Below, one piece after another: positions 49,244 to 62,438 of a stretch of DNA of 64,000 nucleotides. The position numbers and the translations under genes were made by a program. The notes beneath the pieces were generated by a model. That model ran no database searches. It had not been told where the DNA came from and was given only the letters and a program-made list of their open reading frames with translations. Origin of the DNA: Octopus vulgaris (lineage: Eukaryota). Within the stretch, counting starts at the first letter, position 1. Each line of letters begins with the position of its first letter. The stretch lies in assembly GCA_951406725.2 (NCBI GenBank), contig OX597817.1:9300001-9364000 (forward strand). The letters run 5' to 3'.

Positions 49244-50257
49244 GTAACTCTCTCTTTTACTCTTTTACTCTTTTTTTTCTTTTACTTGTTTCAGTCATTT
49301 GACTGCGGCCATGCTGGAGCACTGCCTTTAATCGAACAACTCGACCCCGGGACTTATTCTTTTGTAAAGCCCAGTACTTATTCTATCGGTCTCTTTTTGC
49401 CTGAACCGCTAAGTGACGGGGACGTAAACACACCAGCATCGGTTGTCAAGCAATGCTAGGGGGACAAACACAGACACACAGACATACACGCACACACACA
49501 TATATATATATATACATATATATGACGGGCTTCTTTCAGTTTCCGTCCACCAAATCCACTCACAAGGCTTTGGTTGGCCCGAGGCTATAGTAGAAGACAC
49601 TTGCCCAAGGTGCCACGCAGTGGGACTGAACCCGGAACCATGCAGTTGGTAAGCAAGCTACTTACCACACAGCCACTCCTGCGCCTATTTTATAACTGTT
49701 TTATTGTTTTATAATATTGCATTCAAAAACCTTTTCACATATCATCATCATCATCATCATTTAACGTCCGCTTTCCATGCTAGCATGGGTTGGACGATTT
49801 GACTGAGGTCTGGTGAACCAGACTCCAATCTGATCTGGCAGTGTTTCTATAGCTGGATGCCCTTCCTAACGCCAACCACTCCGAGAGTGTAGTGGGTGCT
49901 TTTACGTGCCACCGGCATGAGGGCCAGTTTGGTGGTACTGGCAACGGCCATGCCCAAATGGTGCTTTTTATGTGCCACCTGCACAGGAGCCAGTCCAGCG
50001 GTACTGGCGATGACCTCGCTCAAATGTCTCACGTGCCACCTGCACAAGTGCTAGTAAAGCGACGCGGTAATGATCATGCTCGAATGGTGTGTTTGACGTG
50101 CCATCGGCACGAAGGCCAGCTTGTTGCTCTGGCAACGATCTCACTCATTGTATTTATATGTTGATTTGATATCAGCTTTGTATTCTCTTTATGTACGTCA
50201 CAATTTTGACTCCTTTTTATTATGAAATGTTTAACCCTCTCTGTCCTTTGTTTTCAG

Positions 50258-50554
50258 GACCAACACCCAAACAAAGACCGAGTGACAGCCTTCCTTGATA
50301 GCACACCAGGTTTCATTCCTTTGCCAGGACTTAGCAGTGACACTGTTGATAACGGAGCTGGTTGTAGTGTTGACAGTGGTGCTGGTGGTACTGTGGTATG
50401 TGATCATCAGTCCAGCAGCATCGCTTCAAGCCCAACACAATCAACAGCAGCTCCTTATTTTGAGTTTAGGGTTGAGCCGCACTATAGAGAAACTTTCCTG
50501 ACTTTATTTCAGATGGCAAAGAATAGGTTGGTTGGACGGGGCTTCCTCTTGTGA
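50258..50554 (+). CDS. VPS13B: VPS13B last coding exon
   Basis: tttcAG|GAC; ends FQMAKNRLVGRGFLL-TGA (human, recalled: FTMVKNKALRKGFP); all 12 exons sum to 3598 nt with consistent phase. Confidence 0.92.
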   Translation, partial: DQHPNKDRVTAFLDSTPGFIPLPGLSSDTVDNGAGCSVDSGAGGTVVCDHQSSSIASSPTQSTAAPYFEFRVEPHYRETFLTLFQMAKNRLVGRGFLL

Positions 50555-52460
50555 GATTTCCTCTGGGGAATGAGACACAAAAACATTTTATACAATATCA
50601 GAAGGACTAATAAATTTGATACTGCACAATATATATATATATATATATATTGAAATGGATACATTTAACTCTCTGATGTTGGTACTGGTTTTAACGTGAC
50701 TGCTTGTGACATAGGCTGATATAACACTCTCTACTTGAAAGGAAACGGTTGCTGTTGTTGTGTGTCTTCTATGATGATTGCGCTGTTGTTTCAGTGATGA
50801 GATACAACCCTATATACACTCTATAGCCACACGAAAATTAAATGCAGTGTGTGTGGAAAATGGTCATCTTCTTTTGAACTTGGTGGATGGAAAAAAAAGA
50901 AAAATTTAACATGGAGTGTTTCTGTTATTTTATTTCTCTGTCTTTCATTATCTGTTGGTTACGGTCAACAAACTGTGTTTGTATGTATGTATATGTGTAC
51001 ACATGCACATGTATCTGTATACACACACTTCTCTTGTGGGATTAACTTATTACTTTGGTCATAACCATAGTAACCATGGTAACTAGTATTGTTATTCGAA
51101 TTATTTGTTGATGTTGTTACTGCTTGAGTGACATCAGATCCTAACCTATCAACAAGTGTTGTTGTATAAATGTTTACAACAATAATAGATGTTACAATAA
51201 CAACTGTTATATTAGTAGTTGACAGATGTTAAAGTCGGTTGGACTGACAACTGCTGTACTAACCAAACATTGATTGTTACATTTATATTTATTATTATTT
51301 TTTTTTGTTTTAATTTCAATATTGTTATCAACTATTTATCTAGTTTATCCAGAAACGATGAAAAACATCCGTGAGAGATGCTCTTTCTCATTGTGTCACA
51401 CCTACTTTGACCAGTCGTAACGAAATCTGCTACGGTTATCAGCATTTGTTTGTCACAAGTGATAAACATCTATAACAGTTGCTTATTGTTTTTCGCTGTC
51501 ACTCAAATACTATCAACCAACAAGCAGATCTTTCACAGTTGCTCACTGCCTGTGTCTCGCTAGTTGTAACCATCAACCTCCAGAAACGTCCATTGTGGTT
51601 ACTGAAATTTCTGCAACAGAACCAACTGAGACAGTGAAGTACTAGAATAAATACCTTCTTTAGATCCAACCTTCCAGTTTGCTGAGCAGCTCGTGGGTTC
51701 AAATCTTATTGTGTCTCTTTAGGATCACTAAAATAAGTACCAATAAAATTACAGGTGTCTTCTTAGTTGGTTGTAATCTTTCTCCTACAAAAATTGTATC
51801 TCAGTTCGACAGCTATAACAAGGCTTTATTTAACATATGTGTCACATCTATTGCAACTATAAAAATATCAAAAGCTGTGGCATGTTTTGTAGAAAATAAT
51901 CCTTCTGCTACATTTCTCTCCCACTGTTAACAACTGCCATGTTTACTGTTTTGTCGTATTCACTGCAGCATGAATAATCCTTGATGCGGTTGATACTATT
52001 TTTCTTTTTTTATTTTGTGCATTTACTGCCATCTCCAAACAGTAACAACACCTGAGTGTTCTTTAGTTTTACAACAACAGTGACACCTGTAACTCATCTT
52101 ATTCATTCGTGCTCTTCCCTCCAACCCCTATCCAGATTCTTACTGACCAGGATTTATGGTGGTGGGTGGCTAAAGTTTTCCTAAAACTTTTTTTTTATCT
52201 AAATATTTTTATTTAATACAACATAAACATTTAAAATAGTCATATGGAAAGGATGTATCATAATTTAAAACAAAAAAATTTATGACGAATTTGAGTATTA
52301 AAAAGTTATTAACACATTCATTATTTTTTCTTCTTACATATCACACCTGGTCAATTTTTACCAGTCGTAATCCTTAAACATAACTTTGCTCCCTCCACTT
52401 CAAGTCCAGTTTGCTCATCAGCATTGTATAGATAATCTTCTAATATCAAAAATAAAATTA
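50555..52460 (+). other. Probable VPS13B 3' UTR (3' end uncertain)
   Basis: TE-poor AT-rich stretch after the stop; AATAAA near 50609, 51646, 51742 and 52451. Confidence 0.5.
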
Positions 52461-53836
52461 CAGCTAATTTCCTTACACTCACAATAATGTTTCTTTTTCT
52501 CTTTTGTGTTGGTATTATTATCATTGTTGTTTTTTTCCAACCAAATGGTCATACTCAGAGTAGGACATATATATGTATGTGATCTAGTGTTGGCCTGCTT
52601 GGTAATGTCACTCAAAGGCCCCAGGTCACCATTAAAAAGACTAGGATTTCTGGGAAGTGTGCACCACGTCTTATAGTTAACACGGACTGAGTGACAATGA
52701 TGGTAATGTTATTTCAAAAGGGCTTGTGCCTCAAACTACAGCCAGTCTTCCTGAGTTCATCAAATAAGATGGTGATGCTGGATGTGAGCAGCAGCAAAAT
52801 GCCTTTAGACTGGCTGCTGTCAGTGCTCTGACAATGGCAGGACAGCTAAATTTCAAGTGTCTCAGACCATTCTTTCAAACATTCTACTCTTTAATTGTAG
52901 TTGATGACTAGGAAGGTATTTTAGATGCATATTTAAATTACCTTGGGTTTGAAAATAGTGTGTAAAAACCTCTCATATCTGCTCAGACAGTTCACATGAT
53001 ATAAGCATAGATTAGCTACATTTGGTCAACAACTAGGGTATTTGTTAGGTCTGTGGATAGAGATAATTTATTCACAATTTAAACTGGTTAGCTAGACATA
53101 CTGCAAATTTATAATTTGTATGGTCAATCTAGTTATAATGCATAGACAGAACAGGTTATTTGGAGCTGAATGCATCATTCCTGGTGTGCAAAGCTTTTAA
53201 TGACTGAGTTAATGAATTAATAAAGTGGCAGTTGATGGGTTAATTATCAGTATCCAGTTGTGGGTTACACTGAAGAGAATGTTTATAGTTAGATGAAAAG
53301 GATTTAGCAGAAAAGTAGTGATAAAGAAGAAAAGATTAGAGAAGAACTAGTGAATAAATTAGAAGAAATGATTAGGTGACGCCTTGTGACCAACATGCTA
53401 GTGACGAGAATAATTCTCAGCCATCTCTTTAATGCAGAACCTGTACTTTACATTATCAAAACTATGTAATGTGTTCTAAGAGGCAAAGGAAAGAAAGCAA
53501 TTCAATAGGCTTGAGTGGCAGAAGTGCAGAGAGGTAATGAAGACCCAATTTAATCTTTGATTTTTTTCAGACATATCCATTTTACTCAGTTCCATGCAAC
53601 CATGTGCAGCTTTCCAGCTGCAATTTGTTCAGCCGCTTGGAGCAAGCAGTGAACCCTTGTGCCTTTTTCATCAACCTGCTGTAAACCATGATGGAGGATA
53701 TGTGTGCGTAATATATATATAATTTAAAAATAGGATAAAATCTTTATAAGAATTTATCAAGTAGTCAGTGTGAAAAACCTCATAAGAGAAAAAAATCCAC
53801 CAATTTTTTCACTTAAATATATTTATTTATTTATTT

Positions 53837-54035
53837 ATATTATATAGAGGGCATTATTACACATAAATGCCACATGCTAGGAGGGACTCTTAAAGTCAAA
53901 ACTACTAAAATAAATAAACACATTGTACCGAATGCAAACTCTGAAAGCTTTGTGTTTATTTATTTTAGTAGTTTTGACTTTAAGAGTCCCTCCTAGCATG
54001 TGGCATTTATGTGTAATAATGCCCTCTATATAATA

Positions 54036-54036
<1 letters not shown>
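53837..54036. repeat. Perfect inverted repeat, 86-bp arms with 28-nt loop
   Basis: 53837-53922 is the reverse complement of 53951-54036. Confidence 0.97.
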
Positions 54037-54072
<36 letters not shown>

Positions 54073-54589
54073 GTGGATATATTTAACTCTTTGGTGCTGG
54101 TATTGGTTTAGTGTGACTGCTTGTGGCAGTTGCTGTTGTGTATCTTTTATTATAATTCTATTCTTTCAGTGATTGGATACAACCCTGTAGCCACATGAAA
54201 ACTAAATGCAACATGTGTGAAAGATTATCTTCTTTGATCATGGTGAATGGAAAAAACATTTCAAAGATTGAGGAATTTTCTATTTTATTATTTTTTGTGT
54301 TTTTGTATGGCTGGTGGTTAGGGATTGTGTGTGGTGCTGATCACCTGAGCTGGATAGTCTGCTCAAAGAGCTTTACATATATTCATGCTAGACTCATTCA
54401 CCAAAGTCCTGGCAGATATTTTCTATAACTGGCAGCCAAACTGAAGAAATCTCCAATTGTTTTGAGCTTATAACAATGGGAATGTAGTTAGTAATATGCA
54501 GTTTGTAGATCTGTTGAATGTAGAATTAAAATTTTGGTGAATGTGCTTGGAAAGAGGTTGGGGCTTATCATCAATAGTGAAATTAGAAA

Positions 54590-54740
54590 AGCACAGATTT
54601 GTGTGATCCCAAGCAGGTCTATCTAGAACAGCCTCCAACTCATGTGATACACTGTAATGAAGTTGGGTAACAAGCTTGACTTCAATAAAGGTTTGGTCTA
54701 TTTGGATCAATTGAAAGCTTTTGATAAGGTCAATCATTCT
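54590..54740 (+). mobile_element. Tx1/L1-clade RT fragment
   Basis: QICVIPSRSI*NSLQLM...LVYLDQLKAFDKVNH. Confidence 0.7.
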
Positions 54741-55109
54741 AACTTGAAGAAACAGTCTTTAGACTTTCCAGCAGGATTCCCGAACATGACCAACAAAGAC
54801 TGGATATTATCCAACCATCTCAGTTTTGGTCAACCCCTAGGTCTCTTGCTGATTGACTTTGCTTAAAGAATTCATTCCTGAGACATTCTGATCGCATGTC
54901 TGTAGTACCAGAGCTGTGACCTCTCAATGTGGCTCAACCTAAAGAGATTCTCTGATCGCCAAACTAAGCACCCTATCAAGAACATTACTTCAGAGATCCT
55001 TCAGAGGAACCCTATTTCAGCCCCTTGTATTTGTAATTGTACTCATTAATGGCCATAGGTGAAGATAGGCACAAAAACTGAAATGTTGATAGCAATTTTG
55101 GCTTTTTTA

Positions 55110-55630
55110 AATTTGGTATGGCCTGGTTAGCCTGTAATGACATGCATAAGATCTGGTCATCAAATCTAAGTAGAGACTTCAAACTTGAAATCTTCAAAGC
55201 CACAGTCGAACCAATTCTACTATATGGCTCAGAAACCTGGACGTTATCAAAGAAGCTTGAGAGGCGGTTGGATGGAACCTGCACTCGCCTCTTAATGAGA
55301 GCTCAAAATCTCTCATGGAAGCGCCATCCAACCAAAATGCAAATATATGGGAAACTACCACCTGTGTTATCTCTTGTGAAAGGTAGGAGAGTCCAGTTTG
55401 CTGGACATTGTTGTAGAGCTGAAAAAGAGGTAATTTCTACTCTTCTCCTCTGGAAGCCATCTACTCTGGAAGCAATACCAGAGGGTGCACACTCTCCTAC
55501 CCTGATGTAATCTCCAGGGATACAGGCATCCAGCAACAGGACCTCCGTAATGCCATGATGGACCGTGAAGTCTGGCGTAGCATGGTAAATTCCATTGTCT
55601 CGACCACGGTCAAACAATGATGATGATGAT
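55110..55630 (+). mobile_element. RTE-like LINE 3' end with (GAT)n tail
   Basis: FKATVEPILLYGSETWTL..LERRLDG...RRVQFAGHC. Confidence 0.88.
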
Positions 55631-55689
55631 TGGCTTTTTTACCAGTCTTTCCTCTTCTGAGGATCAAATGCTGGTGCTGTTGCATTACT

Positions 55690-56330
55690 ATGACAGCATC
55701 TGCAATTCTTGCATCCAGTTCATCCTCCTACCTCCCATCGCTTGTGAATATAATCCTGAGATAGTTAAACTTCTCCATTTGTTTCAGTGATGTTCCATTA
55801 ACATGCAGAGCACACATTGGGAAAACATCCTTGAGAGAGACAATGTCTCAGTCTTTGAAACACTAATTCTCATCCCTGCCTTTCAGCCTTTGACAGTAAA
55901 GCCATTCAGTGCATGATGGAGACCATCTTCTGATGAGTCAAGAAGCACCATATCGTCTGCAAATATCAGCTGACTGATCCTACACCCACTGATTGTGATG
56001 CCACTCCCACAACAGCTGCCACATGTTGATCCAGTTCATAAAAACTATGGAAATGTGAGGTGACAATACACAACCCTACTGGCCCTTGACCACAAGTGGC
56101 CTAAACTCTTTACATGAACATCACCCTGTACAGAACTCCATGTCCTCCTACATGGCCTTGCTTTTTGCTTTTTGAGCCAAAAAATTAACTAACTAACTAA
56201 CCCATGTTGAAAGGTTTTGACTGAGCACTATTTACCCAAACGCAAATACCTGGCCATTCGTATAAGCACTTTCTGGCAACCAGAAGTTGCCCATTAATTC
56301 CAAACTTGTGCAAAACCTGAATAAGACCAT
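55690..56330 (-). mobile_element. Decayed RTE-like RT fragment
   Basis: Minus strand: QLIFADDMVLL, G.RISVSKTE, LKQMEKFNYL. Confidence 0.6.
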
Positions 56331-57976
56331 CAACAACTACAATCGATATCTATAAAGCTGAAATGCGAAAAAGTTGTTTGATTTCTTGTTTATTTGTCTC
56401 ATTTTGGGATGGGAACGGTTTAAGGGGTGGTAGATGGGGTCGGATTGGCGCCAAAATTTACACTGGGGTGTAAAATGAGGTGGGCAATGGTGTGAGGAGG
56501 GTTGCAAGTCGCTTGAGGCTACTGTTTGGTTGCCATGGTGAGGAATATGGGAAAAGGAGAAAAGGAAGAGTGGAAGAAGAGAAAGAAGAAAAAGAAGATA
56601 AAGATGAAGAAAAAATAAAAAATAAGAAAAAGAAAGAGAAGAGGGCAATAAAAAGAACCAGGCAAAGAAGACGAACAAAAGAAGAAAGGGAAAAGGAGAC
56701 AACACACAAAACAACACCACCACCAAAACCCGGGTTCAAAATAGCTAGTCTTTTATATAAAGACAACAGAGTAATGAGGTTTGTAGGAGAGGTTGGCAGC
56801 AAGCTGGCAGAAACGTTAGCACGCCGGGCGAAATGCATAGCCGTATTTCGTTTGCCATTATGTTCTGAGTTCAAATTCTGCCGAGGTCGACTTTGCCTTT
56901 CATCCTTTCGGGGTCGATAAATTAAGGACCAGTTACACACTGAGGTCGATATAATTGACTTAATCCATGTGTCTGTCCTTGTTTGTCCTCTCTGTGTTTA
57001 GCCCCTTGTGGGTAGTAAAGAAATAGGAAAGGTTGGAAAGGTGAAAGATAGTATCTGAATAAATCAGGGAAAGCTAAACTAAGTTAAGAGAAGTTAATAG
57101 AAGTCAAAATCACTTATGAACAAGACAGGAGAAGATGAAAAAGGAAAAATTGAGAAAGAGTGGAGAGCTGCACCAGGCTCATCTGCTTTGGCATGGTTTC
57201 TATAGCTCGATGCCCTTCCTAACACCAGCCACTGTACACAGTGTACTGAGTGCATTTTATGCAGCACCAACATCAGTGGAGTCACCATGTAACATGCAAG
57301 TCAAAGACCACAAGTTACTTGGTAACCCAGCTGGTGTTCGTGTGATGTAAAAAGAACCAGTGCTGGTGTCACATAAAAAAAATCACCCCTACTTCTTACA
57401 GAACATAAAGCCTAAAATTTGAAAGAAGAGGCTTAGTTGAATATATTGACACCAGTGCCTGACTGGTAATTTATTGACCCTGGAGGGGTGAAAGGTAAAG
57501 TTGACCTTACTGGGATTGGATATCAAAACTTAAAGTGCCAGAACAATTACCACAAAGCACATAATTAAGAGAGTAATGAGTGTCAGAATTTATATGCAAA
57601 TGCATATTATGTGCCATGTGTGGTTTCTGTTTTGAGTTCACTTTACTCTGAGGACAAGTTTACTTTTGTCCTTCAAGACTTGATAAATTGAAGGACCAAT
57701 CAAATACTGGAATTGATTTAATTAACTATACCCCTCATCCAAAATCTGTGGCTTTGTGCTTAAGCAAGGGACAGAATACTTTGTGATATTATTTTGGTCT
57801 CTTTGTAATCTCAGCTCTAATTCTTTTGAGGCCAACTTTACTTTTCATCCCTCTAAGGAACGAGATCAATAAAATAATATTGGTGAACAACTTGGTTTTT
57901 AAATCAATTATACTCCTTAAAAAATTTTATGCTCTTGTGTCTATGTTAGAAAATAATGTTAACATATACATGCTAG

Positions 57977-58380
57977 ACTCATATCAAGGTAAATAGCACA
58001 TGACCTTGCAGCTGGGCCCAGTTAGAATTTTCTTCAGGTCGAGTAGCCCATCCCACTCAAATGGTCCTTGAATAAGGGTTGTTTAAGGATGTTGAATGAA
58101 ACACCCATATTTCCAGAGGTGAATTATCCAAACCCCAAAGAATTCCTCTTGACACATGGCTATGATGCTCCCCCACTACTTCTGCTCATGATCAGGGATG
58201 CACATATCGTCAGCCACTAAGGGACATGCTCAACTGGTTAAGGTCAAACAACTGACAAGCAAATCTGTGGTATTGAGCAGAATATTTGCTGTAGCCCATC
58301 TTTTATACCAAGACAAAATAATGTACAAGATAACACTTCCAATCAGTTAAGATCAGAAGCCATGAGAACTACTGCCTGGT
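57977..58380. mobile_element. Partial copy of repeat family S5
   Basis: Direct, highly similar copy of about 58777-59165. Confidence 0.85.
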
Positions 58381-58591
58381 AAAGGCTTGAGCTAACAGAT
58401 TTGTTAGCATGCTAAGCAAAATGCTTAGTGGCATTTTCTCTGTCTATGTTCTGAATTCAAATTCTACCAAGGTCAACTTTGCTTTTCATCTTTTTAGGAT
58501 TGAAGAAGGAAGTACCAGTTGAGCACTGGGGTTGATATGAACAACTGGGTCCCTCTAAAAAATTTCAAGCTTTGTGCCTGTAGTAGAAAGG

Positions 58592-58635
<44 letters not shown>

Positions 58636-58640
58636 CATTA

Positions 58641-59178
58641 TTGAGTGAGAGAGCAGTGCATGCCATCAAAGTGACACGGGTTAAATATACAAAGCCCAGT
58701 ATACCCATCATGACTACCCGTCTGATAAAGGTACACCAGGCACATGCATCACAACCATATGTGCGCGACATGGTGATCTCATATCAAGATAAACAGCACA
58801 TGACCTTGCAGGTGGGGCCCAGTTAGAATTTTCTTCTGGTCCAGTAGCCCATCCCACTCAAAAGGTCCCTGAATAAGGATTGTTTAAGGATGTTGAACGG
58901 ACCACCCATGTTTCCAAAGGTGAATTATCCAAACCTCTAAGAATTCCTTTCAACACATGGCTATGATGCTCCCCCACTACTTCTGCTCGTGATCAGTGAT
59001 GCACATATTGTCAGCCACTGGTTAAGGTCAAACAACTGTCAAGCAAATCTGTGGTATTGAGCAGAATATTTGCTGTAGCCCATCTTTTATACCAAGACAA
59101 AACAATGTAAATGATAACACTTCCAATCAGTTAAGATCAGAAGCCATGAGAACCACTGTCTGGTACTGCATCAGGGCA
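58641..59178. mobile_element. Repeat family S5 inserted in a (TTA)n tract
   Basis: (TTA)n at about 58592-58640 and 59185-59212; non-coding. Confidence 0.8.
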
Positions 59179-59422
59179 GTTTGTTTATTATTATTATTAT
59201 TATTATTATTATATTGATTTTATTTTCACTGTGTGGTATGTTTTAGGTTTGTTTTCCTTGATAGCTAATTATAACTAATAATCCAAAAGTTGAAGGTTAA
59301 AATATTTAAAATATTTTGGCTTTTCTGAACAAACAATATTTTGGAAATGTTCCAAGCTTATGTCCAGTTTTAGCTTTCCTGTGAACTTATAATTTCACTA
59401 ATAATTCTTAGTTTAGTATTTA

Positions 59423-60015
59423 CTAGCAGTATCGCCCGGTGTTGCTCGGGTTTGTAAGGGAAATAATTATATAAGTATTTTATATGCTATAGTCCGTATG
59501 TAGTACTCGGGTCTTCGAGGGAGGATGACCTCCCTTTGCAAGTAACACAAGGACACTGAGATAGTGTCTAAAGTCCTTCTGGTGACGTTGATCGCCTGGA
59601 GCTAAAAGCATCAGTAACCCCCCCCACCCAGTGGCTAGCGACATTCAGATGGCTGATACCCCTTACGTTATTTTTAGAGAGTTATGGCCAAAAAATAGCA
59701 AAAAAATGCATTAAAAATGGAAAAAATGATGGTAAATTTTTTTTTAAATCGTTGACTCATCGTAGACATTTTTAGAGAGTTACTTCCCTTATATAATAGC
59801 GAAAAAAATGCATTAAAATGGAAAAAAATGATGGTAAATTATTTTTAAAATCGTAGACTCATCGTAGACGCGCGCTAATACCCAGAAGGGCTCGATATGA
59901 ATCATGACTATAAGATACTTGGTTTGGGTTAAACTGCACCGCAAAATGTGGGAGTAGTTAGGAATCTAAATCGTAGGAGACAGACAGCACACAACCTCAC
60001 TTTTATATATAAAGA
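59423..60015 (-). mobile_element. Non-autonomous Helitron-like element with an internal insert
   Basis: Same 3' terminus as the 29762 and 48162 copies; 5' TCTTTATATATAAA. Confidence 0.78.
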
Positions 60016-61024
60016 TTTCTGAATGCTGCTTATTTTTCTAGTATTTTCATTCACCAATCTTTTACACTCTTTCCTTCTTTATTTACATCTCTTTGCACAC
60101 TAGTCGTTGATGTCTTTCTTTAATGCCTCTTCCAATTCCTCAAACTAGGTTTCCATTCTTTTACTTTCCATTTCCCTGATATTGTCTCTTGGAACAGATT
60201 GCTCGAATTCTCTTCCTCTTTTTCATCATACTGTCAGTATGGCTGTGTTTCAACGCACGAAGACGTTGGATGTGGAAATGTCTATAAGATTTTAATACGC
60301 TAATAGATTATAATACTTTTCAAGTTGTGTTCACACTCTAGCTGCTAGAATCCATACAGCTTCCAATGAATAATTTGTATAACATTGTTATCCAATTTCT
60401 CCTTACTTTAAGCTAGCTTTTTACATCAGAAAATATTGTGGAGGGGAAATAAAATAAGCATATTCAGTAGGATTTAGTTGTTTTGTATATGTGGAACTTG
60501 ATCTAATTTATTCAAAGATATTGCTTTTTATGCTGAACAGATCAAAGCGTCAGACTCACATTTGGGGTTAGCCATTGATTCAATCTTCTCTACGCCTCCT
60601 CTATCACACATCTCTGCATCAACTGCCGGTCCCTTTGCTCACCTAAATATTCTATACTCTTTTAGTCATGGTTTTATACACCACTTCACCATTATTTTTT
60701 TCAAATCAATGATGAATTTTTATTTTCTCAATAACTAGTTCTAAGCAATTCTTTACCAAACCAAACCAAACATTACTTTTTCTTTTCTCGTTTCCTCCTC
60801 CCTGCAGCCCTTTTATCTAATCAGACCTTTTTTCTCTCGTTTGTTATCAACACTGTAACTGTTTAACACTACTTTTCATGTAGAATCTATCATATATTAT
60901 CAATATTCTTTTCCTTTCTGGTGAAACTATTCAGGTCTTTGTTATTACATTTTAGTTACCCAGCTTCATACTTTTGTAATGCAGTCACCCAGGTGTTGAT
61001 TGCATTGATTTTCTCTTCTTTCTA

Positions 61025-61057
<33 letters not shown>

Positions 61058-61169
61058 GTGGATGTTTTAACAATCATCTTCTCATGATTGCTTGGATTGA
61101 ACAGGTTTGCACTTGTCTTCATCTTTATTGTCTCATTCACTAAACTATTCTTCATTTCTTCCTCTGTCA

Positions 61170-61620
61170 TTCTGTCAAGCTCCACAATACCTTGGTATTT
61201 ATATCCATTATTCTCAACAGATTCTGTTCATACCCTGATGGAATAAGTGCATTTCCTTAACCTCCACTATAGATCTATAGGCTTGTAAATTTTTCAAAAA
61301 AAAAAAACCAACAAAAAAACAAAAATAAACAGGAACTGCTTTTCACTGAGGTATCAAGCTCTACCTTGCACATCATGTATACTTTCAGATGATCTATAAA
61401 TAGTTAATGAATCAAAGCTATTGATCCTATTTCAAATTAAGTATAATGCAAAGAGTATAGATGACTGGCTGTCACCATGGAATATGCCAATCCTAATAGT
61501 AATGTTTTTAAAACACTTTCTGCATGTCTTAGTCTTTCTCTCATTTCCACTCTTAATCAATCTGTGACAAGTTAATCACAAAAATTTAATATGATGTTTG
61601 AAAGCCATTGAAATTGCAGT
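61170..61620 (-). mobile_element. Decayed R4/Dong-like RT fragment
   Basis: Minus strand: GIFHGDSQSSILF, LIH*LFIDHLKV, GYKYQGI. Confidence 0.6.
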
Positions 61621-62129
61621 TATCACATTGATAGTTTGTGTTCTCTAGTTGACCCCAGTACACACCAAATCCTTCAAACTTTCTCCCTCTACAGGTATTT
61701 ATCCAAAAATGAGTGGCTGTGTGGTAAGTAGTTTGTTTACTGACCACATGGTTCCGGGTTCAGTCCCACTGCGTGGCACGTTGGGCAAGTGTCTTCTACT
61801 ATAGCCTCGGGCCGACCAAAGCCTTGTGAGTGGATTTGGTAGACGGAAACTGAAAGAAGCTTGTCGTATATATATATATATATGTATGTATGTGTATGTG
61901 TTTGTGTGTCTGTGTTTGTCCCCCTAGCATTGCTTGACAACCGATGCTGGTGTGTTTATGTCCCCGTTACTTAGCGGTTCGGCAAAAGACACCGATAGAA
62001 TAAGTACTGGGCTTACAAAAGAATAAGTCCCGGGGTCGAGTTGCTCGATTAAAGGCGGTGCTCCAGCATGGCCACAGTCAAATGACTGAAACAAGTAAAA
62101 GAGTAAAGAGTAAAGAGTAAATGTATATT

Positions 62130-62400
62130 GCCCCATTTAAGACAAAATAACTGCTTCTACCCTATTAATTGGTCTCTTCCTGTCATATCTAAGATGTTAG
62201 GGATCATAAATGGGTGCTACCCACTACACCCTTTGTGTCTTCTTCTCTTCGATCACCAGAATGAGTTTCACAGAGCCAGTTTCTTCGGAGACCTTGTTTT
62301 ATCATATGCTAGCACTCCTCTAGTTTTTGAGAACTCCAGCAAATGCAAAGTTGCTGCCCTTGACATCAGCAAAGCTTTTGACTTTTTCTAACATGAAAAT
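62130..62400 (+). mobile_element. Jockey/CR1-group RT fragment
   Basis: LPVISK...LLFDHQNEF...VAALDISKAFD. Confidence 0.65.
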
Positions 62401-62438
62401 ATCCCTGTGGTTTCTACAACCTAATTTATTGTTTAGAA

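Noticed and set aside
50552-50640. Stop-codon read-through extension
   Set aside because: TGA-G context is not a known leaky motif, and the frame runs into (TA)n
56337-56940. Lys/Glu-rich and Phe-rich ORFs of 129-160 aa
   Set aside because: Purine-rich low-complexity tract running into an S3 SINE; no domain or splice support
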